From assembly GCA_963817955.1 (NCBI GenBank), contig CAWFQK010000001.1, positions 480,001 to 544,000 on the forward strand: a DNA stretch of 64,000 nucleotides, written 5' to 3'. Source of the DNA: an uncultured Gemmatimonadaceae bacterium. Its GTDB lineage: Bacteria; Gemmatimonadota; Gemmatimonadetes; Gemmatimonadales; Gemmatimonadaceae. A model generated the notes under the pieces. It was not told where the DNA came from and made no database searches. It worked only from the letters and a program-made list of their open reading frames with translations. This document shows positions 61,430-64,000 of this stretch, one piece after another. The position numbers and the translations under genes are program-made. The first letter of the stretch is position 1. Every line of letters starts with the position of its first letter.

Positions 61430-62023
61430 TAGGCGATATCCAGCAAGACCTTCACGGTCCGCAAGACGATTCGCAGATCAGCCGTGAGCCGCCAGTGACG
61501 GACGTACGACAATTCAATGTCACAACGCTCCGGATAACCCACGCCGTGCCGTCCACTGACCGCCCATGCACCAGTGAGTCCAGGGCGCGCCGACAGCAAG
61601 AGGTCAGCCGAGTTGCCATACATGTGCAACTCGTCCTCGACAATCGGGCGCGGCCCGACGAGCGACATGTCCCCCAGCAGCACGTTCCAGAGCTGGGGAA
61701 GCTCGTCGAGACTGGACTTGCGCAGAGAACTTTCCGAGTTTCGTGGTGCGCGGGTCGCGATCTTCGGGAATCTTGAAATGGTTCCGTCGGTATTCCTCGT
61801 ACAGCGCAGGATCGCTCTTGAGCTGCTCTTCGGCATCGAGCGCCATCGTTCGGAGCTTGAGACAATTGAACAGCTTCCCGCGATACCCTACGCGGCGGTG
61901 GGCGAAGATCGGGCGGCCGGGCGACTCGAGGCACACCAGAGCGGCCAGCACCGCGATGACCGGCGCGGCCACGATCAGGCTCGCGCTCGCACCGGCCACG
62001 TCGATGATGCGTTTCAGGGCCAA
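61429..62023 (-). CDS. Bacterial sugar transferase (initiating phosphoglycosyltransferase); frameshift near 61725
   Basis: LKRIID, KLRTM, DPRTT, then LRKSSLDELPQL, SLVGPRP, PGLTG. Confidence 0.88.
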
Positions 62024-62050
62024 CGCCCATCGTCAGGCGACCAACGCTGA

Positions 62051-62639
62051 TTACTCACTTGCTGAAAAGAGCGCCGCAGTAGTTCTGATGGCCGGCTGCT
62101 TGACCTTCGCGGCCTTGACCAGCGCCGACCCAATTGTGAACGCGACCCCCCGCCCAATCTCAGCCACCCAAAGCACCAGCTGGCGTCCGCTCCGCCGCTC
62201 GCGCACGATCCCGCGCACTCCGCGGAGCACGCCCTCCTGCACGATCACTTCATCGCCCGGTGCGTAGTCGACGCTCTCAGTAACAGCTTCGGGCGCGGCA
62301 CCCTCGCGTCCGATCGCGTCGCGCAGTGAGGTAGACAAAGCTGTCGGCAAGAAGCGCTGGCTTCCCGCGCTCCGTGATCACAGTCAGAACCCCTGGAGTC
62401 CGAAGAATCTGATGCCAGTCCGCATTGGTAGCCCGGGCAAAGAGATAGCCCGGGAAAAGCGGACACTCGACTTCCCGCCAGCGGTCACTCCAGCGGTGAC
62501 GCTCCTTCACGATGGGAAGCCACGGGGACAGCCCGAGCGCCGCGATCCGCTTCTCGACCTTCTTCTCGGCTCGCGATTCGGCCCAGATCACGAACCACGA
62601 GTCAGTCTGAGCTTCAGGAGAATCGGTATTCTGAATCAT
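62051..62639 (-). CDS. UpxY/NusG-family antiterminator, copy B; one frameshift near 62335
   Basis: Near-identical to copy A (PLFPGYLF, GDEVIVQEG). Confidence 0.85.
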
Positions 62640-62744
62640 GGCATACCCAAGTGCATGGTCAGTCACAGAACGTGACGAACCAAGAAAAATACCGTGACGA
62701 ATCCAGCGAGGTACGCCCGGGCCGCCGCTGGAGCTGAGGGAGGG

Positions 62745-62763
62745 ATGTTCAACGCATGAACAT
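62745..62763. promoter_or_regulatory. Second copy of the palindromic operator
   Basis: ATGTTCA-ACGCA-TGAACAT. Confidence 0.7.
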
Positions 62764-62777
62764 ATGAAGAGATTGCT

Positions 62778-64000
62778 TTACGCGGCGATTCGCAACTGCA
62801 CCGGTGCGTAGGACTGGACTTCTCTCACCACGGCGTCCCGGACGTCAACTCTCTCGCCTTCGTCCACCACTTCAATTACTACGGAGAACGATTGGGCGAA
62901 GTCGGCCGCCAGGTCGCCACGTGTCATCAGGCGCAAGCGCAACTCCCACTCGCCTGCCGCGTAACCTCCTCGAAACGAGTGCTGAAACTGGAACAGAGGA
63001 TTCCATGGATAGAGAGCGTCGTCCTCGTCACCACCTATTGCCACGTCTCTCAATCCAGCCGCGGCTCTCTTTCGGAGAAGCCCCGCAATTCGACATAACG
63101 AGTAATCCACAGAGTCATCGAGGCTAACGGGCGGATCAAATACGACTGTTCCCCTCACCGTGAGCCTTGTTCCAGGAGTATCCGCAAGGGCCTGTGGGAC
63201 GTGAAACGGAATGAAGAGGTAGTGATCCTTCGGTATGGTTCCGCTGAATAGGTATGCGGTACCGTGATCGCTCGCGAACATCGCGCCGTCGATGCTCGGT
63301 TCTCCAAAACCGCAGAAGTCATGGTCGGTCAGCGGGGCGCCAGGCGCCGGGCAAAAGACCGGCTGAGTGAAATGACAAATGAGCGCGCGAACTAGGTTGG
63401 GCGTCGCGTCAGGGTATGCGTCGAACAATCGCGCGGCGAACTGCGAGACCAACGGCGCGGAATAGCTCGTACCGGTTGCGTACGCGAGGTGCGTGCCCCG
63501 CTGGTCGAGCCCATAGGCTGCCACCCGCGGCGTGGTTGTCCAGTCAAGCCCGTTCCAAATCACATTGCCGCCGTGCGTGACTACTTCAGGCTTCAGCCCC
63601 AGATCGGCACCGGGGCCGCGCCTCGAATATGGCGCGATCTCTTGCACCCGCGCGACGCAATTCGCCTCAGAAAAACTTTGCTATGGAACCGACGGTCAAC
63701 GAGAGCAGCGATTCCGAGGGCGAGTACAATCGCGCGAGCGGTGTCAGATAGTGGCTCGGCGGCGCGGCTACCGGGGTTTCGATGTTTCCCGCTGATATGA
63801 CGAAGAGCACCTGGTGTTCACGCGACAGGAAATCAATTAGTCGAGCCACCGCTGAGTAGCGGCCATCCGCAATTGGAGCGATGCCGAGCGAAAGATTGAA
63901 GACCCTGGTGTCCTGGGCCACAACGGGCACGACCCGCTCCAGTATTTCGCCGAGCTTCGCAGCCCGTTGCGTGATCCTATTTCCAAGCGCATCGCGGCCA
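62778..64000 (-). CDS. S8 subtilisin-like peptidase, 3' part; homopolymer frameshift near 63672
   Basis: VFNLSLG, FVISAGN, PYSRRGPG, KPEV, catalytic GTSYSAP. Confidence 0.88.

Noticed and set aside
1..64000. tRNA or rRNA genes
   Set aside because: None recognised by eye; tRNAscan-SE or Infernal would be needed to exclude them formally.

Overview
High-GC bacterial DNA; gene content (UpxY-type NusG paralogs, EPS-type MarR) fits a Gram-negative environmental lineage, but taxonomy cannot be fixed from the sequence. Three parts. (1) ~1-12.5 kb: a toxin-antitoxin/defence-like mosaic with paralogous P-loop ATPases, an AbiEii-type pair, HipBA and a large Fic protein. Each has its own promoter repeat array, and they are interleaved with shared short sequence tails, two inverted copies of a ~239-bp palindromic element and several 60-230 bp gene relics. 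(2) ~8.7-62.7 kb: a ~54-kb, mostly minus-strand surface-polysaccharide locus (capD-like, wbpL, fnlA-type trio, many glycosyltransferases, acyl/methyl/amido transferases, heparinase II/III, STELLO/DUF288 protein, wzm/wzt, gmd/fcl, wzz-like, rfbAB, duplicated upxY, marR). It carries IS5 and IS3 insertions, IS21-like end relics, a visibly AT-richer central block and one plus-strand three-gene module (YIDPG peptide, kinase-like/methyltransferase fusion, membrane alkaline-phosphatase-superfamily transferase). (3) The 3' part of an S8 peptidase at the right edge. Many single-base frameshifts, mostly at 57-64 kb, may be assembly errors. No rRNA, tRNA or CRISPR array was seen. Family calls come from motif recognition, not database searches.
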